Origin: Candidatus Nitrosocosmicus sp.
GTDB taxonomy: Archaea > Thermoproteota > Nitrososphaeria > Nitrososphaerales > Nitrososphaeraceae
DNA length: 37,719 nucleotides
Assembly (NCBI GenBank): GCA_030452275.1
Contig: JAKDMR010000001.1
Location: forward strand, 1 to 37,719
Reading direction: 5' to 3'
Positions 20,340-28,502 of this stretch are shown here, piece after piece; position 1 is the first letter of the stretch; every line of letters starts with the position of its first letter. The notes beneath the pieces were generated by a model. That model was not told where the DNA came from. It saw only the letters and a program-made list of their open reading frames with translations, and ran no database searches. The translations under genes and the position numbers were made by a program.

Positions 20340-21548
20340 TCAAATAAAACCCACCCCATTTAGCTTTCTAAATTCTTTAATTAAATTTTTTAAAGTATCA
20401 ACAACAAATTTCAATTCCTCTTGTGTGTTTTGGTGTCCTATAGAAAACCTTATTGAACCACTTACTTGATCATAAGTCAAACCTAGAGATTTCAGAACAT
20501 GAGACGCTTTTTGTTTCTTGTTTGAAGAACAGGCCGATCCTGTAGAGGCCTCAATACCATGTTCATCTAATTTTATCAAAATGTCCTCTCCATTTATGCC
20601 AGCAAAAGAAAAGTTTACATTATTGGAAATTCGATTCTCCATTGAACCATTTAATACAGATCCTGGTATTTCTTTGATTATCCTGTCTATCATGTATCTT
20701 TGAAGCTCCTTAATTTTGGTTTGGACAGTTTCAAGTTTCTCGTTCCAAATTTCACAGGCTTTGCCGAAACCAACTATAGCGCTAACATTCTCTGTTCCTG
20801 ATCTTAAATTCATTTCTTGGCCGCCGCCAAATATTATAGGTTTAATGTGTATTCCCTGTTTTATGAATAACGCTCCAATTCCCTTGGGCCCATTTATCTT
20901 ATGAGATGAAACCGTCATCACGTCTATTTTCAAGTCAGTAACATTTATTGGAATCTTGCCAACGGCTTGGACTGCGTCTGAATGAAAAATAGTACTATTG
21001 TTTTTTGATTTTGCAATTTCAACCAGAGCCCTGATGGGTTGAATAGTTCCTATTTCGTTATTTGCTAGCATTATGCTAATCAAACTGGTTTTTGGCGATA
21101 CCATCTCGCTAAAAATATCTAAATCAATTAATCCATCTTTCTTTATGGGGACATAATCTATGTCAAATTCTAGATCCTTTTCGATGAATTTGACAGTCTC
21201 TATTATGGAATCATGTTCTATCTTGGATATCAATATTCTTTTACAAGTGGGTCTTATATTGTTGATCAGTCTGGCACATCCAATTAGGGCCAAGTTATTG
21301 GATTCAGTCCCCCCAGAAGTAAAATAAATTTCGTTAGATTTAGAACCGATTAATTTAGATATGCGTACGCGGGCCTTAGAAACGGCTATAGCTGACTTTC
21401 TACCCAAAGCGTGGAGTGATGAAGGATTACCATAGTAGCCAGTTAAAAATGGTAACATTTCATTTATTACATCAATGTCGATCGGGGAGGAAGATGCGTT
21501 ATCTAAATAAATGGGTTCCTTGGTTTTGGTACGGTTATTTTTTGACAT
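20340..21548 (-). CDS. iscS: Cysteine desulfurase (IscS/NifS type)
   Basis: IYLDNASS, GNPSSLH, FTSGGTESNN, HSDAVQ, PLP motif SSHKINGPKG, catalytic STGSACSS. Overlaps the larE stop. Confidence 0.95.
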   Translation of the reverse strand: MSKNNRTKTKEPIYLDNASSSPIDIDVINEMLPFLTGYYGNPSSLHALGRKSAIAVSKARVRISKLIGSKSNEIYFTSGGTESNNLALIGCARLINNIRPTCKRILISKIEHDSIIETVKFIEKDLEFDIDYVPIKKDGLIDLDIFSEMVSPKTSLISIMLANNEIGTIQPIRALVEIAKSKNNSTIFHSDAVQAVGKIPINVTDLKIDVMTVSSHKINGPKGIGALFIKQGIHIKPIIFGGGQEMNLRSGTENVSAIVGFGKACEIWNEKLETVQTKIKELQRYMIDRIIKEIPGSVLNGSMENRISNNVNFSFAGINGEDILIKLDEHGIEASTGSACSSNKKQKASHVLKSLGLTYDQVSGSIRFSIGHQNTQEELKFVVDTLKNLIKEFRKLNGVGFI

Positions 21549-22416
21549 ACTTATCTATTGTTATTATTTCATTCTCATTCAGTTTTCCAATATCTTTTTT
21601 TCCGTAACCTTCTAGATCTATAGTGACATATTTATAGCCCAGCTCTTTTATTTCATATACTATTTTATCAATTTGGTCAAGGTTACATAACTTAGCGATT
21701 TCACTCTTCTCCACCTCAATTCTTGCTATTGTGTCATGATCCCTTACTCTTACCTGTCTCACATCAGATATTTTTTTTATTATTGTTTCGCATCTTTCAA
21801 TTCGTCTTAATTTGACTGAATTAATTTCAGTTCCGTGAGGAACACGTGATGCCAAGCATGAATTAGAAGGTTTGTCATGGACAGACAAATTATTGATTTT
21901 TGCAAAATGGCGGACTTCATTCTTGTTCAATCCTATTTCCAATAGAGGACTCTTGATTCCTCTAGAATGTAGTGCGACCAAGCCTGGCCTATCATCGTCT
22001 AAGTCATCAACGTTAGTGCCATCCACAATCAGAGCAATACTTTTCTCTTCAGCTATCTTTAGCAAATTAATGGCCAGCTCATTTCTGCAGTGAAAGCAAC
22101 GAAGGTTGTCGTTCTTTGTGAAATCTGGATTATCTAATTCGTTATATTCTAGTAAAAGATGAATTACATCAATCTCTTCGGCCACTTTCTTAGCTGTTTC
22201 TAATTCTTCGTTTGCCAGTGTTTGATAATTTGCTGTTATTGCTAAAACATTATCTTTTCCAAGTGCCTGTCTTGCTGCGAGAGTAACTAAAGTGCTATCT
22301 ACTCCACCCGAAAGGGCAACTAGAACTTTACAATTTCTGGATTTAAACCAATTAATAAGTAAATGATACTTACTTTGGTTTAAATCCTCCAGACTCTTAA
22401 TTGGATTAATCGACAT
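21535..22416 (-). CDS. larE: NPN cofactor sulfur transferase LarE (Cys-rich, probable [4Fe-4S] type)
   Basis: PP-loop ALSGGVDS, RCFHCR, DGTNVDDLDDDRPG, KPSNSCLASRVPHG, VRVRDH, YVTIDLEGY. Confidence 0.93.
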   Translation of the reverse strand: MSINPIKSLEDLNQSKYHLLINWFKSRNCKVLVALSGGVDSTLVTLAARQALGKDNVLAITANYQTLANEELETAKKVAEEIDVIHLLLEYNELDNPDFTKNDNLRCFHCRNELAINLLKIAEEKSIALIVDGTNVDDLDDDRPGLVALHSRGIKSPLLEIGLNKNEVRHFAKINNLSVHDKPSNSCLASRVPHGTEINSVKLRRIERCETIIKKISDVRQVRVRDHDTIARIEVEKSEIAKLCNLDQIDKIVYEIKELGYKYVTIDLEGYGKKDIGKLNENEIITIDKYVKK

Positions 22417-22435
22417 CTAAGATCAGCTATATGTC

Positions 22436-23686
22436 CTATAGATTCCTTTGAAATATTAAATTATTGACTGTTTCCATAGTCTTCTTAAATGAAAAACCTA
22501 GTTGGTTTGCAATTTCTTTAATATTATCATACTCTGGTTTTATGTTAATTATTTTACCATGTTGGTCTTTTGATATTTTTACATTAATTACAAATTCATG
22601 ATTTTCAATCATGATTGGAAGCAGTACACTAAAGCGCTCCAGTTTATATCTTTCATTTATAGTCTTTCTAATCCCTAGTGTTCCAGTCTCATTAAAAATC
22701 AATTCGATGATTTTTTTTTCAACATCTTCAGAACAAATAACCTTGAGAATATGTACTGGTCTATTCTTCTTAGTTATCCCACTAACCAGTGTAACATCTT
22801 TTACTCTTACATCTTGTTTTGACAATTTTTCTACCAGATCGCCAATCATTTCACCGGTCATATCATCAATGTTAGTCTCAAGAACTGATACTGTATCTGA
22901 TTGTATCGAGTAATTAATGTTAGATTTGCCAATGGATATTCTTAATATGTTAGGAACACCATAAAATTTCTTATATCCAGTACCGTATCCTATTTTATGG
23001 GGTATAAATTCAGGATAAGTACTAATAATTTTAGGATTCAATCCCGCTAATATTGCTGCTCCTGTAGGGGTAGTCATTTCAGAATGCACCGGACCTCCTG
23101 CTATTGGTATCTCTAAGATCCTAAAAATTTCTAACACAGCATTTGTAGGATTTGGGATCGTCCCATGTGAGAATTGGGTTGTTCCTCCGCCTACAGCAAC
23201 CTTGGCAGAATAAAAAGTAGTATCAAAAAATAGATTCAGGTCATCTAAAGCAGTTGCACTTCCGATTAAATCAGCAGCCGTGTCAATACTGGAGGACTCG
23301 TGAAGGTGCAGGTCTTTTACTTCTTTATCATGAATTCTTGACTCTACTCTGATTATAGTTTTCATCGTTTCCATTACAAATTTTTTTGCCATTTCGGATA
23401 GACTTGTAACATCACAGCAATTGGCCAGAATTCTTAACATCTCAGTGGCCTTTCGTTCCAGTATCTTTTCTTCAATCTCAAAAAGAAATCTTGTAGCCCT
23501 TATTCCATTTGATTCAGAATTTATGAATTCCATCTTTTTTATTCTGGTGTCGGCATATAGTTTCTCTATCATTTTTATATTATTTATGATTTTATTCTTG
23601 CTGGCGCCACAATCCACCAAAGCAGATAAAAACATATCCCCTGAAATTCCTGCAACCTGCGGATCAATTACGACTACTTTTCTCAA
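22436..23686 (-). CDS. larC: NPN cofactor nickel insertase LarC (single fused ORF)
   Basis: AGISGDMFLSALVD, HLHESSSID, HGTIPNP, EMTTPTGAAIL, IGYGTG, PNILR, LETNIDDMTGE, KKNRP, ETGTLGIR, KPEYD. Confidence 0.95.
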   Translation of the reverse strand: MRKVVVIDPQVAGISGDMFLSALVDCGASKNKIINNIKMIEKLYADTRIKKMEFINSESNGIRATRFLFEIEEKILERKATEMLRILANCCDVTSLSEMAKKFVMETMKTIIRVESRIHDKEVKDLHLHESSSIDTAADLIGSATALDDLNLFFDTTFYSAKVAVGGGTTQFSHGTIPNPTNAVLEIFRILEIPIAGGPVHSEMTTPTGAAILAGLNPKIISTYPEFIPHKIGYGTGYKKFYGVPNILRISIGKSNINYSIQSDTVSVLETNIDDMTGEMIGDLVEKLSKQDVRVKDVTLVSGITKKNRPVHILKVICSEDVEKKIIELIFNETGTLGIRKTINERYKLERFSVLLPIMIENHEFVINVKISKDQHGKIINIKPEYDNIKEIANQLGFSFKKTMETVNNLIFQRNL

Positions 23687-23841
23687 CTATATTTTTATTA
23701 TAGGACCCCTCTATAATGGGTTTTATAGCCTAGATCATAAACCACTGAACGAATTCTTCGTTTACATATTCATTTGATTATTGCCTCTGAATTTTAGGGA
23801 TAATTTAAAACTATAAATAAAAAAAATAATGTCACATTTGT

Positions 23842-24759
23842 ATGACAATTTCTATTATTGGTTCTGGTAGAGTCGGGGCTTCGGTTGCCTTAAATTGCGG
23901 TATAAGAGAGTTAGACCCTCAAATAAATTTAATAGACATAATCGAGGGATTGCCTCAAGGAGAGGCAATGGATATAAATCATCAATTGTCTGAACAAGGT
24001 ATAGACAGCTTTGTCCAGGGCTCCAATGACTTTAGTATTTTAAGGGATTCGGAGATAGTCATTTTAGTTGCCGGGATTGGACGCAAACCTGGAATGACAA
24101 GAATGGACCTTCTCAAAACAAATGCTTCTATTGTTAAGGATGTTTCATCAAAAATTGCTCAAAATCGTCAAACATGTAAACTGATCATAGTAACTAATCC
24201 CTTGGATCCAATGACATATCTTGCTCTAAAGGCTACCAAATTCCCCAAAAATAATGTAATGGGCATGGGAGGAATGCTGGACTTGTCAAGATTCTCTAGC
24301 TTCATCAATGAATATACTCGGTTGTCCAGAAATTCAATTTCAGCAATGGTGATTAGTGAACATGGGGAAAGAATGTTACCACTAATTAGATTTTCTTCAA
24401 TTTCCGGAATACCTCTTAGTCATTTCATAGATGAAAGGCAATCAAAAGAAATCTATGAAAAAACTAAACAAGTGGCTGCCGAGGTTATCAAATATAAAGG
24501 CGCTACAGTATATGCACCAGGCAATGCTGTTGCAACTATGGTTGAATCAATGGTAAAAGATAAAAGAACTGTTATTCCGTTGTCTGCATATCTGGATGGT
24601 GAATATGGAGTAAAAGATGTGTGTATAGGAGTTCCTGCGGTACTTGGGAAAAACGGAATAGAGAAAATTATAGAGTTACCGCTAAACGAATTTGAACAAC
24701 AAGAGTTCGCAAACGGAGTTAAAAATGTGAAAGAAGCAATCCCTCTTCTACCACTTTAA
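23842..24759 (+). CDS. mdh: Malate dehydrogenase (LDH-like MDH)
   Basis: GSGRVG Rossmann motif, MDH-specific loop [30 protein letters not shown]. Confidence 0.93.
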   Translation: MTISIIGSGRVGASVALNCGIRELDPQINLIDIIEGLPQGEAMDINHQLSEQGIDSFVQGSNDFSILRDSEIVILVAGIGRKPGMTRMDLLKTNASIVKDVSSKIAQNRQTCKLIIVTNPLDPMTYLALKATKFPKNNVMGMGGMLDLSRFSSFINEYTRLSRNSISAMVISEHGERMLPLIRFSSISGIPLSHFIDERQSKEIYEKTKQVAAEVIKYKGATVYAPGNAVATMVESMVKDKRTVIPLSAYLDGEYGVKDVCIGVPAVLGKNGIEKIIELPLNEFEQQEFANGVKNVKEAIPLLPL

Positions 24760-24775
24760 CTTGTTTGTATGTTTT

Positions 24776-25552
24776 ATGGACCTAAGAAATATTTTATTAG
24801 ATTATTACAATAACAAGAAAAGCCTTGATGAAGTGATCAAATCCATCTCCCTTTTTTCAGTCGAATATATCGAAAACGATATAGCTCAAATCGATATCAA
24901 CCGAGATTTTAGAAAATCTATTCCAGAGATTATTCTGGCAACACGTAAAAGGAACAGCGAATTAGTATTGATCAGTAATCGAATCCTTGAGAAAAAAGGC
25001 TATGTCCTTGTGAGTAAAATTAAACCTTTGATAGTAAGCAAATTAACGAATTATTATAGCAAAAAGGGCTTTATTGTAGACCGAAGTCATAATGGAACTT
25101 CTATATTAGTTTATGACGCAATATCTTCACTTCCTAAAAACCGAGGAGGTAAAGTGGGGATAATTTGTGCGGGGACTTCTGATGTGGGAATTGCTGAAGA
25201 GGCACGCTTGGCAACTTTAGCAATGGGCTGCACATCTTACCTTGCTTATGATGTTGGTATAGCTGGAATTCACAGATTGCTTAACTCATTGAAGCAAATG
25301 ATGTCAAACGGCATAGACGTGATAGTAGCAGTTGCCGGAATGGAGGGAGCCCTTCCAGCGGTGGTAACATCTTTGGTAACTGTTCCAGTGATAGGTGTGC
25401 CTTGTTCTGTTGGATATGGCTATGGGGATAATGGTAAAGGTGCTTTGGCGTCTATGCTACAAACCTGTTCTTTTGGTCTCTCTGTTGTAAATATTGACAA
25501 CGGAATAGGGGGAGGCATTTTTGCAAGTCTAATCGCTAACAAGGGTCGATAG
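24776..25552 (+). CDS. larB: NPN cofactor biosynthesis carboxylase/hydrolase LarB
   Basis: DINRDFRKSIPEII, CAGTSD, YDVGIAGIHRL, VAGMEGALPAVV, PVIGVPCSVGYG, MLQTCS, VVNIDNGIGGG. ATG 24776 is the likely start. Confidence 0.95.
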   Translation: MDLRNILLDYYNNKKSLDEVIKSISLFSVEYIENDIAQIDINRDFRKSIPEIILATRKRNSELVLISNRILEKKGYVLVSKIKPLIVSKLTNYYSKKGFIVDRSHNGTSILVYDAISSLPKNRGGKVGIICAGTSDVGIAEEARLATLAMGCTSYLAYDVGIAGIHRLLNSLKQMMSNGIDVIVAVAGMEGALPAVVTSLVTVPVIGVPCSVGYGYGDNGKGALASMLQTCSFGLSVVNIDNGIGGGIFASLIANKGR

Positions 25553-25798
25553 AGTCTAAATATATCCATGACTCATAAAAAATGCCAGCTAAAACCTTAC
25601 TGTTTTTGATTCATTTTTGAAATTTTTGATCTTATTAGAATATGAATTCTTTATAACGCTCATCAATCTTTTCTCTTCAAGATAAAATGATTGTTCAACC
25701 ACAGGTGAACTTTTCGACCTGAAATACAAAAGCACTAGGTGTTAAAGGATCTGACTTTTGCCTAGGTCAACAGCCTTTCAATAATATTTAGGCTCATA

Positions 25799-25954
25799 AT
25801 GCTTGTAGTCAAAAATACATGTGCTGTTCTTTTTGCAATCATTATCTTCTTCATGACCGTCAACTTAATTTACAATAAAAGGGCAGTTCTACCATTTGTC
25901 ACAGGTTTTGGACCCCGTTTAGTTTCTACATTTCAAAAGAAATTCAAAAATTAG
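25799..25954 (+). CDS. Possible 51-aa single-pass membrane peptide
   Basis: MLVVKNTCAVLFAIIIFFMTVNLIYNKRAVLPFVTGFGPRLVSTFQKKFKN, read by hand; below the ORF-track cutoff. Confidence 0.25.
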   Translation: MLVVKNTCAVLFAIIIFFMTVNLIYNKRAVLPFVTGFGPRLVSTFQKKFKN

Positions 25955-25983
25955 CAGGATTAAAGGACTGCTGGAGTAGGTCA
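25948..25983 (+). repeat. 36-nt intergenic copy of rps5 coding sequence (27373-27408), 35/36 identical
   Basis: aaattagcaggattaaagga[c/t]tgctggagtaggtca at both sites. Confidence 0.95.
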
Positions 25984-26089
25984 ATGTCAGAAATATTATT
26001 GATTTAACATTTTAATAAAGATTCTTATTTCATATTGTATGTCAGCCTTGAACACATCATTTATCAACAATATTATTTTTGATTTTTTT

Positions 26090-26103
26090 AAAACGTTTAT
26101 AAG
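26090..26103 (+). promoter_or_regulatory. Putative BRE/TATA promoter of the rpl18 operon
   Basis: aaaacg-TTTATAAG about 50 nt upstream of the rpl18 ATG; AAGGAG RBS at 26137-26142. Confidence 0.55.
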
Positions 26104-26151
26104 AGATTTAAGAGAGTTTTCTTGATTGTTAGAATAAAGGAGAAGTAATGA

Positions 26152-26724
26152 ATGTCTTACATTAAAACGCTTAAAAGAATAAGAAATAATAAAACAAATT
26201 ATAGAAAAAGGAAGGCTGTGTTAATTAGCAAAAGGAATTTCATAACTGTGAGAATAAGCAATCAAAATATTCACTGTCAACTTATAAAACCAGCGATAAA
26301 AGGTGATCTCGTCCTTTCGTTTTCCAATAGTAGGGAACTAGCTAAATTTGATTGGAAAGGTTCTACCAACAACTTATGTGCTTGCTATCTGGTCGGGTTG
26401 ATGCTTGGAAAAAAAATGCTTGCCAAGAAAATTGATTCTGCAATTTTATATACTGGTCAAACATCTTTCACAAGTAAGGTAGCCGCCTGTCTTAAAGGCA
26501 TTTCTGCTGCTGGAGTCAATATTCCATTATCCGAAGAAACCTTACCCGATGAAAATCGAATAAATGGTTCTCATATCTCTCAATATGCCGCAGTTCTTAA
26601 GGAGGATACAATTAAATATGAGAAACAATTTTCGAAGTTATTTAGTAAAAATATTAACCCCGAAGAATATCCAAAACATTTTGAAGAAGTAAAGACTCAA
26701 ATTTCTACCGGAAATTTCAATTAG
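26152..26724 (+). CDS. rpl18: 50S ribosomal protein L18 (uL18)
   Basis: KTNYRKRK, VRISN, GDLV, NLCACYLVG, RINGSHI, PKHFEEVK. Confidence 0.96.
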   Translation: MSYIKTLKRIRNNKTNYRKRKAVLISKRNFITVRISNQNIHCQLIKPAIKGDLVLSFSNSRELAKFDWKGSTNNLCACYLVGLMLGKKMLAKKIDSAILYTGQTSFTSKVAACLKGISAAGVNIPLSEETLPDENRINGSHISQYAAVLKEDTIKYEKQFSKLFSKNINPEEYPKHFEEVKTQISTGNFN

Positions 26725-26865
26725 GGTGAAAACTTGACCACTATAATATTCACCGAAAGAATAATAAACAAAAAAACAACTGACTTTGATAAGGTACTAA
26801 TGTGTTGAGAATGAGAGTTATGATGATTAATGAATTGACAATGCCTTATGGTTCGGGTGTAATTA

Positions 26866-27486
26866 TTGAGTAGAATGTCTAGACCTAGTGAACCTGAAGT
26901 CGAATGGAAACCAAGAACTACACTAGGTATTATGGTAGCCAGTGGTAAAATTAACTCCATGGAGCAAATATTCGAAAATGGAATGAGGATTCAAGAATCT
27001 GAGATCGTGAAGCACCTTTTGCCTGATATCAAAACTCAGGTAGTAAGTGTTGAAATAGTGCAAAAACAAACAGATGCTGGCGAACTCACTAGATTTAATG
27101 CTCTTGTGGCAATCGGCAATGAGTCTGGTTGGTTTGGTATAGGAAAAGGCAAAGCCTCCCAGATGAGGAATGCCATAGACAAGGCCACTAATGCCTCCTA
27201 CTTAAACGTCATCCCGGTAAAATTGGGATGCGGGAGTTGGGAATGTCGATGTCAGCAAGCTCATTCAGTGCCATTTAAAGTACAGGGTAGGGGTGGCAGT
27301 GTAACGATTGAATTGATCCCTGGTCCTCGTGGATTGGGTATAGTAGCTGGTGAGAATATTAGAAACTTGTTGAAATTAGCAGGATTAAAGGATTGCTGGA
27401 GTAGGTCATTTGGATCTACTAATACTATGTCGTCTACTGCAAAAGCAATTTTTAGTGCCTTAAGAAGTACATTTATCACAGGATAG
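26866..27486 (+). CDS. rps5: 30S ribosomal protein S5 (uS5)
   Basis: WKPRTTLG, QKQTDAGE, GCGSWEC, HSVPFKVQG, PGPRGLG. Start TTG 26866 or ATG 26875. Confidence 0.98.
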   Translation: MSRMSRPSEPEVEWKPRTTLGIMVASGKINSMEQIFENGMRIQESEIVKHLLPDIKTQVVSVEIVQKQTDAGELTRFNALVAIGNESGWFGIGKGKASQMRNAIDKATNASYLNVIPVKLGCGSWECRCQQAHSVPFKVQGRGGSVTIELIPGPRGLGIVAGENIRNLLKLAGLKDCWSRSFGSTNTMSSTAKAIFSALRSTFITG

Positions 27487-27494
27487 GAATTGAA

Positions 27495-27965
27495 ATGGTG
27501 TATTTAGTAGTTAGAATGAAAGGGACTGTTAACATTCCCAATTGGGCAATTGTAACACTTGAAAATTTGCATCTTAACAAGAAATTTCGAGCAACCCTAA
27601 TTCCAGAAAATGACCAAACATTAGGGATGCTTCGGAAAATTAAAGAAATAGTTGCTTGGACTTCTGTTGAGGAGAACTTTATCAGAGAATTTATCGAACA
27701 AAAAGGCCGTGCGTCTTCATCTAAATTGTTGTCCAACCAAAAACAGACTGAATCTGGAAAAACATCCAATCCTGATATTAACAAGGTTGTTTCTGATGTC
27801 TCCAAAAACGAAACCTATCTATCTAAATTAGTTGGAATAAAACCTTGGTTTGCGTTGAATCCTCCAAAAGGTGGATTTAAGAAAAAATCAAAGCTTTTGC
27901 ACTCTCAGAACGGAATATTGGGAGAAAATAAAGATTTGTTAGATATCGTAAAGAGGATGATGTAG
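27495..27965 (+). CDS. rpl30: 50S ribosomal protein L30 (uL30)
   Basis: VVRMKGTVN, TLENLHL, GMLRKIK, FALNPPKGGFK. Confidence 0.96.
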   Translation: MVYLVVRMKGTVNIPNWAIVTLENLHLNKKFRATLIPENDQTLGMLRKIKEIVAWTSVEENFIREFIEQKGRASSSKLLSNQKQTESGKTSNPDINKVVSDVSKNETYLSKLVGIKPWFALNPPKGGFKKKSKLLHSQNGILGENKDLLDIVKRMM

Positions 27966-28064
27966 TCTATGAACAATAATTGTTTGCCGTTTGGTAAAGC
28001 ATTGCAAACTTTAATATTTATACCCAAAGTTGGTTATCCCCTAAGGAAATATTGGTGATAATGG

Positions 28065-28502
28065 ATGGCTACTCGATTAAGAAAAAGTAGAAAACAACGT
28101 GGAAGTCGCTTCTGTGGGTGGGGTCAAATTGGCCAACATAGAGCTTCGGGAAGTAGAGGAGGTGTCGGAAATGCGGGAAAACACAAGCACTTCTTCATCA
28201 GGACCATTAAGGAGGAGCCAAATCATTTTGGGCATGAACAGTTTCATGCATTAAGACCCAGTGACTCTTTAAAATGGATAAATCTTAAAGACTTGAATGA
28301 ATTGGTAAAATATTCAGAAACTAGTGAAGATGGTAAGGTCATACTTGATTTAGAAAAGTTAGGGTATGACAAGGTCTTGGGCAGCGGAGGCATAAACTCT
28401 GCCCTTACAATTCGGGTAAAAAAAATCTCAGACTCTGCCAGGAACAAAATCACAGCAGCTGGAGGAGAGGTGCTAATTTTAGATGAGCTCAGTACAGAAT
28501 GA
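28065..28502 (+). CDS. rpl15: 50S ribosomal protein L15 (uL15)
   Basis: RKQRGSRFCGWG, HRASGSRGGVGNAG, KVLGSG, KITAAGG. Confidence 0.97.
   Translation: MATRLRKSRKQRGSRFCGWGQIGQHRASGSRGGVGNAGKHKHFFIRTIKEEPNHFGHEQFHALRPSDSLKWINLKDLNELVKYSETSEDGKVILDLEKLGYDKVLGSGGINSALTIRVKKISDSARNKITAAGGEVLILDELSTE

Noticed and set aside
26820-26897. Possible C/D-box sRNA or K-turn (ATGATGA at 26820, CTGA at 26894) in the long rpl18-rps5 gap
   Set aside because: The spacing is long, it overlaps the rps5 start, there are no clear C'/D' boxes, and no guide target could be identified by eye.
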